Assembly: GCA_945860985.1 (NCBI GenBank)
Contig: CAMASM010000001.1
Span: 30,688 to 94,687 of the forward strand
DNA length: 64,000 nt
Direction: 5' to 3'
From: Candidatus Finniella inopinata
GTDB taxonomy: Bacteria > Pseudomonadota > Alphaproteobacteria > Paracaedibacterales > CAITNM01
The notes below the pieces were generated by a model, which made no database searches, was not told the DNA's origin, and saw only the letters and a list, made by a program, of their open reading frames with translations. Of the stretch, positions 9,642 through 21,258 are shown in pieces. Made by a program: the position numbers and the translations under genes. How positions within the stretch are numbered: the stretch's first letter is position 1; each line of letters starts with the position of its first letter.

Positions 9642-10535
9642 ATGAGCAACTTAAATCTACCCTCTCTTGGTAAAGGCTTAGCTGCACTACTAGGAGATGT
9701 ACATACTCCACAGGCTCAACAAACACCACAAAGTCTTGAGATTTCATTAATCCAGCCCGGAGTCAATCAACCTCGTCAAGAATTTAATGAAGAGAATTTA
9801 GCTGACCTAGTGCTATCAATTCAAAGAAAAGGCATACTTCAACCCCTTTTAGTGAGACAAACCCAACCAGGAAAATTTGAAATAATTGCTGGAGAGCGTC
9901 GCTGGAGAGCAGCAAAAGTAGCAAAATTAGAAAGGGTCCCAGTAGTAATTATTGCCTGTAATGATCAGGAAGCTCTAGAAATTGGATTGATTGAAAATTT
10001 ACAGAGACACGATTTAAATCCTTTAGAAGAAGCTGAGGCAATCAAACGTCTCCAGGAAGAATTTAAACTTACGCAAGAACAAATCGCTAGCAGTATAGGG
10101 AAAAGCCGCAGTTACGTTGCAAATATTTTACGCCTCAACACACTAAATCCAGATATTAAAAAGTTAATCAGAGAAAACAAACTAAGCGCAGGTCATGCAC
10201 GTGCCCTGATTACTGCACCTAACCCTAGTGCATTAGCAGAACAGATTATGCAAGAAAATCTATCTGTGCGTGATACTGAAAAATTGGTAAAAAACCATAA
10301 TCAAAAAGACAAAAACTGCTCTAATTCTCCAATAAGCGCCACATCAGGGAAACAGTTGGTTGGTCCGATGGATACAGATATCCAAGTACTTAGCGATCAG
10401 CTTGCTGAAAACTTAAACATGAAGGTTCACTTAGTGGTTAAAGGACAAGGCGGATCACTAACGATTAACTTTCAAAATCTTGATCAGCTTGACATTTTAT
10501 TAAGTAGACTACAAGGTCACCCAAATAACCACTAA
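9642..10535 (+). CDS. parB: chromosome partitioning protein ParB/Spo0J
   Basis: ParB box IIAGERRWRAA and HTH region LTQEQIASSIGKSRSYVAN. Follows parA. Confidence 0.9.
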   Translation: MSNLNLPSLGKGLAALLGDVHTPQAQQTPQSLEISLIQPGVNQPRQEFNEENLADLVLSIQRKGILQPLLVRQTQPGKFEIIAGERRWRAAKVAKLERVPVVIIACNDQEALEIGLIENLQRHDLNPLEEAEAIKRLQEEFKLTQEQIASSIGKSRSYVANILRLNTLNPDIKKLIRENKLSAGHARALITAPNPSALAEQIMQENLSVRDTEKLVKNHNQKDKNCSNSPISATSGKQLVGPMDTDIQVLSDQLAENLNMKVHLVVKGQGGSLTINFQNLDQLDILLSRLQGHPNNH

Positions 10536-10595
10536 ATATTAGAGACTTTATCGCCTTACTCTACCTAACCACTAGAATTTAAAATATTTCACAAG

Positions 10596-12629
10596 GTGCC
10601 AAAACTAATGACAGCTATTTTTCCTTTGCTATATGACAAATCAAATAGTTCTAGCAAAGCATTTGCCCTAGAATCTCCCTTTAAACCTTCTGGTGATCAA
10701 CCGCAAGCTATTGAAGAAATTGTACGTAGCTTTGAAAAAGGAGATAGAGATCAAGTTTTACTTGGAGTAACGGGCTCAGGAAAAACGTTTACGATGGCCA
10801 ACGTCATCCAAAGATTACAACGTCCTTCATTGATTATGGCTCCTAATAAAATCCTTGCAGCACAACTATATTCAGAAATGAAAGAATTTTTCCCAAACAA
10901 CCGCGTTGAATATTTTGTCTCTTATTATGACTATTACCAGCCAGAAGCTTATGTAGCTCGCAGTGATACATTTATCGAAAAAACTGCTTCCATAAACGAA
11001 CAAATTGATCGCATGCGCCATTCAGCTACACGGGCTATGCTTGAACGCCACGACGTTATAGTTGTTGCTAGCGTCTCATGTATATATGGCATTGGCGGAG
11101 TTAATACCTACAGTGAAATGACAATAGCCTTAAAAGTTGGACAATCTATTGATAAGCAGCAATTAATGAAAAAACTTATCGAAATACAGTATAAGCGTAA
11201 TGATATAGATTTTAGCAGGGGGAGCTTTCGCAGCCGTGGTGATGTACTGGACATATTTCCAAGCCATTTTGAAAATAGATCATGGCGCCTAAGCTTTTTT
11301 GGTGATGAAATTGAATCAATTTCAGAAGTTGATCCTCTAACGGGAGAAAAGTTTACTAACCATAGCGAAATTCTAATATTTGCTAATAGCCATTATGTAA
11401 CGCCAGGGCCAACTGTACAGCAAGCAATCAAAGAAATTCAGGCAGAATTAGTTGTAAGGGTGGCTGAATTTGAATCTATGGGTAAGCTGCTAGAAGCTCA
11501 AAGAATTTCACAACGAACTAAATTTGATCTTGAAATGCTAAAGGCCACAGGCATGTGCGCTGGCATTGAAAATTATTCTAGGTACCTTACAGGTCGTGCA
11601 CCAGGAAATGCACCCCCAACTTTATTTGAATACCTACCTAAAGATGCAATGTTATTTGTTGACGAAAGTCACGTTTCCGTCCCGCAAGTTGGTGGTATGT
11701 TTAAAGGCGACAGAGCGCGTAAAGAAGTATTAGCAGAACACGGGTTCAGATTACCATCTTGCAAAGATAATCGACCATTAATGTTTGAAGAGTGGAACGA
11801 CATGCGCCCACAAACTTTATTTATTTCTGCAACTCCAGGGCCATGGGAATTAAAACAAACCCAAGGAGAGTTTACAGAACAATTAATTCGTCCAACTTGG
11901 CTTGTTGATCCAATATGTACAATTAGGCCATGTGATCACCAAGTTGACGATCTTATGGAAGAATGCCGTAAAACTATTGCTAAAGGATACAGGGTTCTAG
12001 TAACAACCCTAACTAAAAAGATGGCAGAAGCGCTAACACAATATTTATGCGAAACTAACATGAGAGTTAGATATCTGCATTCAGATATTGAAACTCTGGA
12101 ACGCATCGAAATAATTAGAGGATTACGATCAGGAGATTTTGATATTTTAGTTGGAATAAACTTACTACGCGAAGGTCTAGATATTCCAGAATGTGGTTTA
12201 GTCGCAATTTTAGATGCTGATAAAGAAGGTTTTCTACGCTCAAAAACATCACTAATTCAAACAATCGGAAGAGCTGCACGCAATATTGATGGCCACGTTG
12301 TACTTTACGCAGACAAATTAACAGGCTCATTAGATGCAGCTTTGCTAGAAACAGAACGCCGGCGTAACAAACAGATTGCTTTCAATAATCAACACAACAT
12401 TACACCTGAAACAATAAAAAAAATAATTTCTTCATCGCTTGAATTAAAATCAAATAAAAAAGAAACAAATACTAAGTATAGTAAAATGTCACCTCAGGAA
12501 ATTGAAAAGAAAAAACAACAACTCTTAAAAGAAATGAAAACTTTTGCTGCAAATCTTGAGTTTGAAAAAGCTGCCGCGGTGCGTAATGAGCTACGTGCTT
12601 TAGAGGCTTTAGAGCTCAAATATTTATAA
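10596..12629 (+). CDS. uvrB: excinuclease ABC subunit B
   Basis: 677 aa. Walker [15 protein letters not shown] box FVDESHV and a C-terminal UVR motif [14 protein letters not shown]. Confidence 0.95.
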   Translation: MPKLMTAIFPLLYDKSNSSSKAFALESPFKPSGDQPQAIEEIVRSFEKGDRDQVLLGVTGSGKTFTMANVIQRLQRPSLIMAPNKILAAQLYSEMKEFFPNNRVEYFVSYYDYYQPEAYVARSDTFIEKTASINEQIDRMRHSATRAMLERHDVIVVASVSCIYGIGGVNTYSEMTIALKVGQSIDKQQLMKKLIEIQYKRNDIDFSRGSFRSRGDVLDIFPSHFENRSWRLSFFGDEIESISEVDPLTGEKFTNHSEILIFANSHYVTPGPTVQQAIKEIQAELVVRVAEFESMGKLLEAQRISQRTKFDLEMLKATGMCAGIENYSRYLTGRAPGNAPPTLFEYLPKDAMLFVDESHVSVPQVGGMFKGDRARKEVLAEHGFRLPSCKDNRPLMFEEWNDMRPQTLFISATPGPWELKQTQGEFTEQLIRPTWLVDPICTIRPCDHQVDDLMEECRKTIAKGYRVLVTTLTKKMAEALTQYLCETNMRVRYLHSDIETLERIEIIRGLRSGDFDILVGINLLREGLDIPECGLVAILDADKEGFLRSKTSLIQTIGRAARNIDGHVVLYADKLTGSLDAALLETERRRNKQIAFNNQHNITPETIKKIISSSLELKSNKKETNTKYSKMSPQEIEKKKQQLLKEMKTFAANLEFEKAAAVRNELRALEALELKYL

Positions 12630-12781
12630 TATTTTCTACTTACCACTAATATTTTTTAAATTCATTTATTTGCCCAATAAAAATTAACCTTTTGTTAATA
12701 CTTAACTCTTTAGCATTAGCTATAGTGATAAGCTAACTTTTGCATGTTAGCATTATTTAATAAAATTTTGTTGAGGGTAAA

Positions 12782-14677
12782 ATGCAATCAAATAATGAGT
12801 TTGAACTTAATGAAAACATTGAGGTTAACAAAACCAAGCACTCATCAAAAAAAAAGAAAGAATCAAAAAAAAATTCTAATACTACCGAAACTTCATACAC
12901 ATTTTTTGCAGAATTACATCCAGACATACAAAAAGGTATGGATAGCTTAGGAGAATTTTACGCAAGCATAGCCGAAAAAATAAAGCAGCCAGCTCAGCTA
13001 GAACTATTTAGCCCAGAAATAATTGGTAAAACGTTAGCTGAAACTCATAAAGTCCTAGTCGATACCTTTGTCGTTAAAGCCGATGAATGGGATAGCAAAC
13101 AACGCAATTATTTAGGTGACCTAGAAATATTATTGCAAAAAACCTTAGACCGTCTGCAAGGCATTGAAACCGACCCTGTAATTACACCCAATAGTAGTGA
13201 TCGACGTTTCAAAGCCCCAGAATGGCAGGACTTTCCAATATTTGATTATTTGAAACAATCTTATTTATTGCACAGCAAATACGTTAATGAACTAATGGAA
13301 TCTCTAGAAGGCATTAATGTCAAAACAAAAGAAAAAGCCCAATTTTATATACGTAACTTGCTTGACGCAGCATCTCCATCCAATTTTCCATTTACTAATC
13401 CTGAAGTACCTCGAGAAACACTCCGCACGCAAGGACAAAATTTGATGCGCGGTTCTCAAAAACTGTTAGATGATAACTTAAAAGCAAATTTTTTAAGTTT
13501 ACCAATGTTTACTAATTTGAAGGATTTCAAAGTAGGTGAAAATTTAGCAATTACACCGGGAAAAGTAGTTTACGAAACACCATTATTTCAATTGATTTAT
13601 TTCAAACCTACAACTACTGAAGTTTATGAACGTCCATTGCTAATCATTCCACCTTGGATAAACAAATATTACATTTTTGATTTACAGCAAGAAAATTCAT
13701 TTGTTCGTTGGATGCTCGATCAAGGATTCAGTGTTTTTGTAGTATCATGGATAAACCCAGATGAATCCTATTCTGATTATGGTATTAGCGATTATGTATT
13801 AGATGGAGTTTTAGATGCAGTTTTAAACGTTCTTAAAATTTCAGGACAAGAAAAGCTCAATCTCCTAGCTTATTGTGCTGGAGGAGTTGTTGCTACAATT
13901 TTATCTGGATACTTAGCAAAACGTATAGAAAAAAATCCAATAGCTAGCCTTAGTCTCTTAGCAACACCTATTGATTTTGACAAAATGGGTGACCTAAAAG
14001 TATTTATTTGTAAGGATCAAATTAGTCACTTAGAAAAGCATGTCAATAAAATTGGTTACCTACCTGGAAATGAAATGGTCAGAGTCTTTAGCATGCTACG
14101 TGCCAATGATTTAATTTGGACAAACTATGTTAATACCTACCTACTTAATAAAGAAACCTTCCCTTTGGATTTTCTCTATTGGAATTGTGACACAACCAAT
14201 GTTCCAGCAAAATTACATATTGAATACTTACGAAATGTATTTCTTGAAAATCGTCTTTTAAAACCTAACAAATTAAAAATCAATGGTCAGGGTATTGATT
14301 TAAAAGAAATAAACATTCCAATTTTTGCATTTGCCACCAAATCAGATCACATCGTTCCTTGGCAATCAACCTATGCAATTAAGAAAATTTGCCCTAAAAA
14401 TACCACATTTGTGCTAGGTGCATCCGGTCATGTATCTGGAATTATTAATCCTGTACACCGTAATAAATACTGCTACTGGACATCAAATAGCCCATCTAAA
14501 AATTCTACAGCCTGGGTGGAAAAAGCAAAAGAAACTCCAGGCTCATGGTGGCCAATGTGGCACACTTGGGTCGCTAAATTCTCAGGTAAAAAAACCGCTA
14601 CTAACATGTGGCAAAACACACCAAATATTGAAGAAGCTCCAGGAAAATATGTGGTTTCTTCTTCGCCAAACGCATAA
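12782..14677 (+). CDS. phaC: class I polyhydroxyalkanoate synthase
   Basis: 631 aa. PLLIIPPWINKYYIFDL and lipase-like box AYCAGG with the catalytic Cys. Confidence 0.9.
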   Translation: MQSNNEFELNENIEVNKTKHSSKKKKESKKNSNTTETSYTFFAELHPDIQKGMDSLGEFYASIAEKIKQPAQLELFSPEIIGKTLAETHKVLVDTFVVKADEWDSKQRNYLGDLEILLQKTLDRLQGIETDPVITPNSSDRRFKAPEWQDFPIFDYLKQSYLLHSKYVNELMESLEGINVKTKEKAQFYIRNLLDAASPSNFPFTNPEVPRETLRTQGQNLMRGSQKLLDDNLKANFLSLPMFTNLKDFKVGENLAITPGKVVYETPLFQLIYFKPTTTEVYERPLLIIPPWINKYYIFDLQQENSFVRWMLDQGFSVFVVSWINPDESYSDYGISDYVLDGVLDAVLNVLKISGQEKLNLLAYCAGGVVATILSGYLAKRIEKNPIASLSLLATPIDFDKMGDLKVFICKDQISHLEKHVNKIGYLPGNEMVRVFSMLRANDLIWTNYVNTYLLNKETFPLDFLYWNCDTTNVPAKLHIEYLRNVFLENRLLKPNKLKINGQGIDLKEINIPIFAFATKSDHIVPWQSTYAIKKICPKNTTFVLGASGHVSGIINPVHRNKYCYWTSNSPSKNSTAWVEKAKETPGSWWPMWHTWVAKFSGKKTATNMWQNTPNIEEAPGKYVVSSSPNA

Positions 14678-14741
14678 TTTTTTAAAAATAGCTCTTTTGG
14701 CTTTGCTTAACTTCATGTTTTTTGCTAAAAATAAACTTGGA

Positions 14742-14826
14742 GCCTGCATGGTGGAACGGTAGACACAGCAGATTTAAAATCTGCCGCCCAAAAGGCGTGC
14801 CAGTTCGAGTCTGGCTGCGGGCACCA
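14742..14826 (+). tRNA. tRNA-Leu(UAA)
   Basis: Manually folded. Acceptor GCCTGCA/TGCGGGC (one G-U pair). Anticodon stem GCAGA/TCTGC with loop TTTAAAA (anticodon TAA). Long variable arm. T-arm with GTTCGAGTC. Encoded CCA. Confidence 0.9.
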
Positions 14827-14861
14827 AATCCAATACTCTATCTCGATAAAATAAAGCTTTC

Positions 14862-15506
14862 TTAATGGTTAGTTTTAAGAAGAGTTTTTAGTTGGTTTAA
14901 AAGAATTGTCTTAATTTTTTCAGGAACAGTTGAATGGGCAAAGTTCGTTACATACGCTCCATCAGGACCAACCACATACACGACACTAGTATGGTCTATC
15001 AAATAATCGCTAAACCCTTCCTTGATTTCTTTTTTAGCATAAATTTTGTACTTACTCATTGCATCTTGTAATGCTTCTTCACTGCCTGTAAGCATAACTA
15101 TATTTGGATCAAAATTAGTACTATACAGTTTCAAAATCTCACAAGTATCACGAGTTGGATCAACACTTATGAAAAAAACACCTATTTTATCTCTATCTTT
15201 ACCAAGCATTTTCAAAGCTTTAGTTATGTGTTCTAGTGCCATTGGGCAAACGTCAGGGCAGTAGGTATACCCAAAATAAATCAAAAGAATCTTTCCACGG
15301 TATTCAGAGGTAGATACTAACTTGCCATGGTGATCTATCAAGCTAAAATCACCCCCAATTTTTTGATTTTTATTCAAGACATCCTCTGCAGTTGTTTCTT
15401 TATATACGATTCCTTTTGGTTCTTGGAATTTATATATGGACAAAGTAATACCTAAACCAATACTAATCCCAACTAATGTTAAAATAATTAATCTCTTATG
15501 AGCCAT
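14862..15506 (-). CDS. SCO1/SenC copper chaperone for cytochrome oxidase assembly
   Basis: 214 aa. N-terminal TM anchor and thioredoxin-like fold with a CPDVCP motif. Confidence 0.85.
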   Translation of the reverse strand: MAHKRLIILTLVGISIGLGITLSIYKFQEPKGIVYKETTAEDVLNKNQKIGGDFSLIDHHGKLVSTSEYRGKILLIYFGYTYCPDVCPMALEHITKALKMLGKDRDKIGVFFISVDPTRDTCEILKLYSTNFDPNIVMLTGSEEALQDAMSKYKIYAKKEIKEGFSDYLIDHTSVVYVVGPDGAYVTNFAHSTVPEKIKTILLNQLKTLLKTNH

Positions 15507-15663
15507 ACACTAACTTTATTTTTAAATTTCAGCCAATCATATCTTGTTTACAGCACCACAAAAAGCATAATAAGCTTAGATGCAAGAGTTTATCTTTGAA
15601 CTGAGAAGATATTGCTTTAAACTTGTCTTGCTAGAAAAACTCAAATCAATAAGGACAATTTAT

Positions 15664-16824
15664 ATGATTGGTATATTTGCAGCAAAGCGTACTGCAATAG
15701 GCGCATTTCAGGGACAATTTAGCTCATATTCAGCTACTGATTTAGGTGGACATGCTATTAAAGCCGCATACAAAGCTTCTGGAATTAATGAAATCGATGA
15801 AATTTTTATGGGATGCGTTCTACAAGGTGGTTTAGGACAAGCACCCGCCAGACAGGCCACAATTAAAGCCGAAATGAATGAAAGTATTCCAGCAACTACA
15901 ATCAATAAGGTTTGTGGATCTGGTATGCAATCTATTATGTTTGCCTGTAATAGCCTGCGTCTTGGAAATATTAAATCTGCTATTGCAGGTGGTATGGAAA
16001 GCATGAGTAATGCGCCATATGCCTTAGAAAAAGCTAGATCAGGCTATCGTTTTGGTCACGGTACTTCTATTGATTTAATATTGCATGATGGCCTTGAAGA
16101 TGCCTTTGCACGTACACCCCAAGGCGGAAGATGCGCCATGGGTTTTTTGGCTGATGCAACCGCTAATGCATATTCATTTTCTCGTGAATCGCAAGAAGAT
16201 TTTGCAAAATTAACCTACGAAAAGGCGCTCGCTGCACAAAAATCAGGGGTACTCAATAATGAAATTGCACCTATTCTTCATAAAGATAAAAAAGGTGAAA
16301 TAGTTATTGATCAAGACGAACAAATTGCACGCGTTCAACCCGCTAAATTTGCTGTACTTAAACCTGCTTTCAAAGCAGATGGCACTATAACAGCCGCAAC
16401 TAGCTCATCTCTAGCAGATGGGGCAGCAGCCCTGGTATTGTCTTCAAACACTGCTGGAGCCATGGCTAAAATTGTTGGGTATACATCCCACGCCCAAAGT
16501 TCTGAAACTTTTGCTACAGCTCCAATTGGTGCTATTGAAAAATTGTGCACGCAAATAGGATGGCCAATTAATTCTGTTGATACTTTTGAAATTAATGAGG
16601 CATTCGCTGTGGTGCCAATGGCTGTGATTAATACTCTCAAAATACCAAGAGAAAAAGTAAATATTTATGGTGGCGCTTGTGCTCTAGGTCACCCGATTGG
16701 CGCTAGCGGAGCACGTATTGTTGTAACCTTGCTTAATGTTATGCAGCAAAACAACTTAAAAAGAGGAATTGCCGCCGTTTGTATTGGAGGGGGCGAAGCA
16801 ACCGCCATTGCTATTGAAATTTAA
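15664..16824 (+). CDS. acetyl-CoA acetyltransferase (thiolase II)
   Basis: Start placed at the internal ATG 15664 (MIGIFAAKRTAIGAFQG matches thiolase N-termini). Motifs NKVCGSG (active Cys), NEAFA and GGACALGHPIGASG. Confidence 0.9.
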   Translation: MIGIFAAKRTAIGAFQGQFSSYSATDLGGHAIKAAYKASGINEIDEIFMGCVLQGGLGQAPARQATIKAEMNESIPATTINKVCGSGMQSIMFACNSLRLGNIKSAIAGGMESMSNAPYALEKARSGYRFGHGTSIDLILHDGLEDAFARTPQGGRCAMGFLADATANAYSFSRESQEDFAKLTYEKALAAQKSGVLNNEIAPILHKDKKGEIVIDQDEQIARVQPAKFAVLKPAFKADGTITAATSSSLADGAAALVLSSNTAGAMAKIVGYTSHAQSSETFATAPIGAIEKLCTQIGWPINSVDTFEINEAFAVVPMAVINTLKIPREKVNIYGGACALGHPIGASGARIVVTLLNVMQQNNLKRGIAAVCIGGGEATAIAIEI

Positions 16825-16878
16825 TACTTTAACCCAGGGCTAATTTTCATATTCCTAAGCTACAAAATAAACATAGCT

Positions 16879-17181
16879 TTATTTCCGATTCTTCTTAAGA
16901 TCTTCTTTAATGCGTTTTGCTTCTAATTCTAGATTTTTCAACCTTTCTTTTTCTTTTTTTTCTGCTTCAATCTTCGAACTTAAACTGTCATCTTTTTCTG
17001 ATTTTTCTTTATCTAATTTTTGTTTTAGTCCATCAACTGGATGTTCCTTACCATTATCAGCCTTTATTACGTCTGAGCCATTCAAAACAAAATCAAAACT
17101 ATCAGATTTATTTTCTGCAAACAAAAAACCAAAAGATATGGTCAAAAAGAAAAGCCTAATTTTAGTATTAAATGTCTTCAT
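16879..17181 (-). CDS. small secreted Lys/Glu-rich coiled-coil protein, hypothetical
   Basis: 100 aa. Signal-peptide-like N-terminus (RLFFLTISFGFLFA), then a KE-rich tail. Its ATG overlaps the stop of the upstream symporter gene by 14 nt. Confidence 0.45.
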   Translation of the reverse strand: MKTFNTKIRLFFLTISFGFLFAENKSDSFDFVLNGSDVIKADNGKEHPVDGLKQKLDKEKSEKDDSLSSKIEAEKKEKERLKNLELEAKRIKEDLKKNRK

Positions 17182-18388
17182 AATATTTATCCTTATCCAA
17201 TAACCCTTCTGAATGATCTACGCAAAGAGCAACTGCAGCATCCCCTGTAATACTAATTGTGGTACGCATCATATCAATAATACGATCAATACCTGCAATT
17301 AAAGCAATCCCTTCAATCGGTAAACCAATTGAACCTAAAACCATTGGAAGCATTACAATCGTACCGCTAGGAATCCCTGCTCCACCAATAGACCCTAAGG
17401 TACCCGTTAAAATTATGTACCCATAATCACTAGGCTCTAAAACCTTACCTGTTGCTTGGGCAAAAAATAATGCACACAAACTTATATAAATAGCGATACC
17501 ATCCATATTAATAGATGCGCCTAGTGGCAAAACAAATGAAGAGCTTAAAGACGAAATGCCCAACCGTTCCTGACAAACTCTTATTGTAGTTGGCAAAGCA
17601 GCCTTACTACTACTTGTTGAGAATGCTAATGCTTGGTATTCAAGGCTTTTTTTGAAAAATGGCATTGGAGACATGCGTGTCCAAAAAAAGATCAATAGTC
17701 CAAAAATCAGGTATTGCACACCAAATGCTATATATGCGCAACTTACTAATTTAATTAATTTAGTTAGCACTTCTAAACCTTGTGTACCAATAATCCACGC
17801 GGTCAAGGCACACGCCGCAATGGGAGATAACTGAACAATAAAGTGAACCATTTTAAACACCATTGCAGACAACAACTGAAAAATACTTGCTAACCGTTTT
17901 GATGATTCATTATCTAACGTATTTAGGGTAATTCCAGTAAACAAAGCAAAAAATACCACCTGCAATACAACTCCTTGTGCCATTGCATCAATGGCGTTCT
18001 CTGGAACAATATTTAAGATTATTTCAATAATTTTAGCTACGTTAGTATCTTTTGGTATGCTTGGTAGATTTTCACCACTAAAATTTAAAATTACACCACT
18101 GCCTGGCTCAAAAATGGTACCAACTATCAAGCCAATAGAAATTGCAAATAAAGTGGTAATTAAATAAGCAGCTGTTGCTTTAATTCCAACCCTACCAAGA
18201 GCTTTAGAATCATTAACGCTGGTAATTCCGCTTATGATTGCAAAAAAAATCAAAGGGACAATTATCATTTTAATAAGGCGAATAAACAAATCACCAAATG
18301 GCTTTAGGTAGGCAGCATCTTCTTTTAAGACAACACCTAAAATAACACCCAACACTAGGCCTATTAAAACTTTTTTCCACAATTTCAT
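17168..18388 (-). CDS. dicarboxylate/amino acid:cation symporter (DAACS family)
   Basis: 406 aa polytopic protein with FSTSSSKAALP and NMDG motifs characteristic of GltP/DctA-type transporters. Confidence 0.85.
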   Translation of the reverse strand: MKLWKKVLIGLVLGVILGVVLKEDAAYLKPFGDLFIRLIKMIIVPLIFFAIISGITSVNDSKALGRVGIKATAAYLITTLFAISIGLIVGTIFEPGSGVILNFSGENLPSIPKDTNVAKIIEIILNIVPENAIDAMAQGVVLQVVFFALFTGITLNTLDNESSKRLASIFQLLSAMVFKMVHFIVQLSPIAACALTAWIIGTQGLEVLTKLIKLVSCAYIAFGVQYLIFGLLIFFWTRMSPMPFFKKSLEYQALAFSTSSSKAALPTTIRVCQERLGISSLSSSFVLPLGASINMDGIAIYISLCALFFAQATGKVLEPSDYGYIILTGTLGSIGGAGIPSGTIVMLPMVLGSIGLPIEGIALIAGIDRIIDMMRTTISITGDAAVALCVDHSEGLLDKDKYYEDI

Positions 18389-18557
18389 AAAAACTAAATC
18401 TTTTTAGAACCGGATTACAGTCTAACCTAAGTATGATTTTTGGTAACTAAAATATTTGCAATCCCCATTAACTGGTTAGCGAATTCATTTGCGTAATGAA
18501 TTATTAAAAAATTTGTTTTATTGTTAGCCTATTAACAATGAACTGCCAAAATGCCAA

Positions 18558-19832
18558 ATGACACGCAAAGCCATACTGACTATTGATGGAAAATCTATAG
18601 AACTTCCAATATTACAAGGTACTTGCGGTCCCGAAGCGCTAGACATGAGAGGGCTTTACCAGGAAACTGGATTATTTAGTTACGATCCTGGATTCACTTC
18701 AACAGCAAGCTGTTCCTCAAATATTACGTACATTGACGGAGACGCTGGAATTCTTCTTTACAGAGGATACCCAATTGAACAAATAGTTGAAAACTGTAAC
18801 TTCCTAGAGGCTGCGTTCTTGCTAATTTACGGAGATATTCCTAACTACGCTCAAAAACAAGATTTCGAAAAGATGATAAATCAACATACCATGGTGCATG
18901 AACAGCTTCGCTCGTTTTTCCATGGATTTAGAAGAGATGCACACCCTATGGCAATTATGGTAGGAATTGTTGGAGCTCTATCGGCTTTTTATCATGATAG
19001 CCTTGATATTGACGATACAAGTCAAAGAGAAATTGCAACGCACCGCCTGATTGCTAAAATGCCAACTATTGCCGCTATGGCTTTTAATTATTCTAAAGGC
19101 AGACCCTTACCTTATCCCCAAAATGACTTAACTTACGCACAAAATTTTTTAAAAATGATGTTTTCAGTTCCAACGGAACAATATCAAATAAATCCAATCA
19201 TTACTAAGGCAATAGATCGTATTTTTATTTTGCATGCCGATCATGAACAAAATGCTTCTACATCAACCGTCAGACTAGCTGGATCTAGCAAAGCTAATCC
19301 ATTTGCATGCATCGCTTCAGGTATTGCTGCGTTGTGGGGACCAGCTCATGGTGGAGCAAATGAAGCAGTTCTAGCAATGTTAAAAACAATTGGCACTAAA
19401 GATAAAATTCCTGAATTTATTGAAAAAGCTAAAAATAAAAATGATCCATTCCGATTGATGGGATTTGGTCATCGCGTTTATAAAAATTATGACCCTAGAG
19501 CAAGAATTATGAGGCAAAGTTGCCACGAAGTACTTGAACAACTTGGTATACATGATCCCATTTTAGAAATTGCCATTGAACTTGAAAGAATAGCTTTAGA
19601 AGATCCTTATTTCATTGAAAAAAAACTTTATCCAAATGTAGATTTTTATTCAGGAATTATTTTTTCGGCACTAGGAATCCCTCCATCAATGTTTACAGTA
19701 ATTTTTTCAGTTGCACGAACAGTGGGATGGGTAGCGCAGTGGAACGAAATGATGGCGGATCCCGCTCAAAAAATTGGCAGACCTAGACAGCTATACGTAG
19801 GAAATCCTGAACGAAAATTTCAAAAACCATAA
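18558..19832 (+). CDS. gltA: citrate synthase
   Basis: 424 aa. Motifs [14 protein letters not shown] and [14 protein letters not shown]. Confidence 0.95.
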   Translation: MTRKAILTIDGKSIELPILQGTCGPEALDMRGLYQETGLFSYDPGFTSTASCSSNITYIDGDAGILLYRGYPIEQIVENCNFLEAAFLLIYGDIPNYAQKQDFEKMINQHTMVHEQLRSFFHGFRRDAHPMAIMVGIVGALSAFYHDSLDIDDTSQREIATHRLIAKMPTIAAMAFNYSKGRPLPYPQNDLTYAQNFLKMMFSVPTEQYQINPIITKAIDRIFILHADHEQNASTSTVRLAGSSKANPFACIASGIAALWGPAHGGANEAVLAMLKTIGTKDKIPEFIEKAKNKNDPFRLMGFGHRVYKNYDPRARIMRQSCHEVLEQLGIHDPILEIAIELERIALEDPYFIEKKLYPNVDFYSGIIFSALGIPPSMFTVIFSVARTVGWVAQWNEMMADPAQKIGRPRQLYVGNPERKFQKP

Positions 19833-19929
19833 ATAGAATTTTCACTAATTTTTTCGGTTGATTAAGGAATGCTTGCTTTTGCTCCTAAAAATTCCCATAA
19901 TTCTATTAAAATACTGTAGTTAATTCATC

Positions 19930-21258
19930 ATGCCTTTGGCTACTCTTACAAATCTTAATAAAATTCAATGGCATGAAGGCATGCTATTGAGTCCACAACA
20001 TTTTCAATACGGTGAGCTACGAATTGAGCAGCTGCTATATGCTAGCTCTCAAAACAGTGCCTACTGCAATTGGGGAGTTTTAGATTTCGCAATAGATAAA
20101 AATTTACTTGCTCAAGGAATTATTGAACTTTCACAACTTTTAGCAATACTTCCCGACGGAACAATAATTTTACATAACTCAGAACTTTCCAATGAAAATA
20201 CTCCACCCTTAAATCTTCGCTACAATTTAGCTGATCTAGGACTCAAAGGCAGTGCTGAGCTTTCTATTTGCTTATGTCTACATCAAGTTTCTAATAGTAA
20301 GCAACGCTATGAATCAATCGAATACAGCAATGTTGTTGATGAAAATAGTAGTGATAATATTATAACTTTGCCAATTCTAAGACCTAAAATCTTTTTAAAT
20401 CCTAACGAGGTTCCGAGTGAATGCATTGGTTTTCCAATAGTAAAACTAAGCTTTGATGGCAAACAATTTTCACTGCAGAAGTTTCTTCCGGCTTCGCTAA
20501 ACATTCCACAAGGAGATCCAATACGGCAGCAGCTAAGCTCAATTGTTTTAAACATAAGACAAAAAGCAGCTTTCCTTATTAATAAAACCCAACAAACTAC
20601 ATCTGCTCCTATTTTAAGGGACACGCGAGAAACTCTAAAACCATTAATCGCCTGTCTTTGCATTCTTGAGCCATTAATTGGACTTGAAAGGTTGCACCCA
20701 GAAAGATTATTTGATCACTTGCTTAATGTGGCCACCAACTTATTGCCAATGCAAACCACACAAATTCCAGGAGTACTACCGACATATGATCCTTTTGATC
20801 CTGGAAGCTGTATAGAATTCTTTTTAAATCTATTTGAAAAAACAATTTCAACAGTTCAGCAAAAATTCCTTAGCATTCCATTTCATCAACAAGATCGCTT
20901 ATTTTATCTGCACCTACAGCCAGCGTATCTTAATGACACAGTGTACATAGGATTTCGTTGCCCTGATGGAATGAGCGAAAAGCAAATGTTTGAATGGATA
21001 CAAGAAGCAATTATCAGTTGTGATGATAAAATTGATGTTGTAACCACAAGAAGAATTTCTGGGGCATCAAGAACCGCTGTCGCTGATGATGATACTGAAG
21101 AACTAATTCCTAACCCAGGAACAATCATTTTTAGCTTTAAAAACAGTGACGAATTTATTAAAGCTCGTCAAAATTTAAATATTTTTAACCCAGGAGATAC
21201 TCAAGAGAAACGACCTATAGATATCACTTTATTTGTACGCCAGAATGATTCTACATGA
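19930..21258 (+). CDS. tssK: type VI secretion baseplate protein TssK
   Basis: 442 aa. N-terminal IQWHEGMLLSPQHFQ signature of the TssK/ImpJ family. First of four contiguous T6SS genes. Confidence 0.85.
   Translation: MPLATLTNLNKIQWHEGMLLSPQHFQYGELRIEQLLYASSQNSAYCNWGVLDFAIDKNLLAQGIIELSQLLAILPDGTIILHNSELSNENTPPLNLRYNLADLGLKGSAELSICLCLHQVSNSKQRYESIEYSNVVDENSSDNIITLPILRPKIFLNPNEVPSECIGFPIVKLSFDGKQFSLQKFLPASLNIPQGDPIRQQLSSIVLNIRQKAAFLINKTQQTTSAPILRDTRETLKPLIACLCILEPLIGLERLHPERLFDHLLNVATNLLPMQTTQIPGVLPTYDPFDPGSCIEFFLNLFEKTISTVQQKFLSIPFHQQDRLFYLHLQPAYLNDTVYIGFRCPDGMSEKQMFEWIQEAIISCDDKIDVVTTRRISGASRTAVADDDTEELIPNPGTIIFSFKNSDEFIKARQNLNIFNPGDTQEKRPIDITLFVRQNDST

Noticed and set aside
14418-14762. 114-aa plus-strand ORF overlapping the phaC 3' end and tRNA-Leu
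   Set aside because: It is an alternative frame of phaC that runs into the tRNA gene, so it is incompatible with both better-supported features.
16825-16878. Possible third 3'-end duplication (symporter gene end versus the spacer after the small KE-rich ORF)
   Set aside because: Hand alignment gives only scattered matches in AT-rich sequence, not distinguishable from chance.
16910-17203. Plus-strand ORFs 16910-17203 and 16917-17159
   Set aside because: They are antisense frames of the KE-rich minus-strand ORF. Low-complexity Ser/Phe/Leu translations are typical of mirror frames of AAG/GAA-rich coding sequence.
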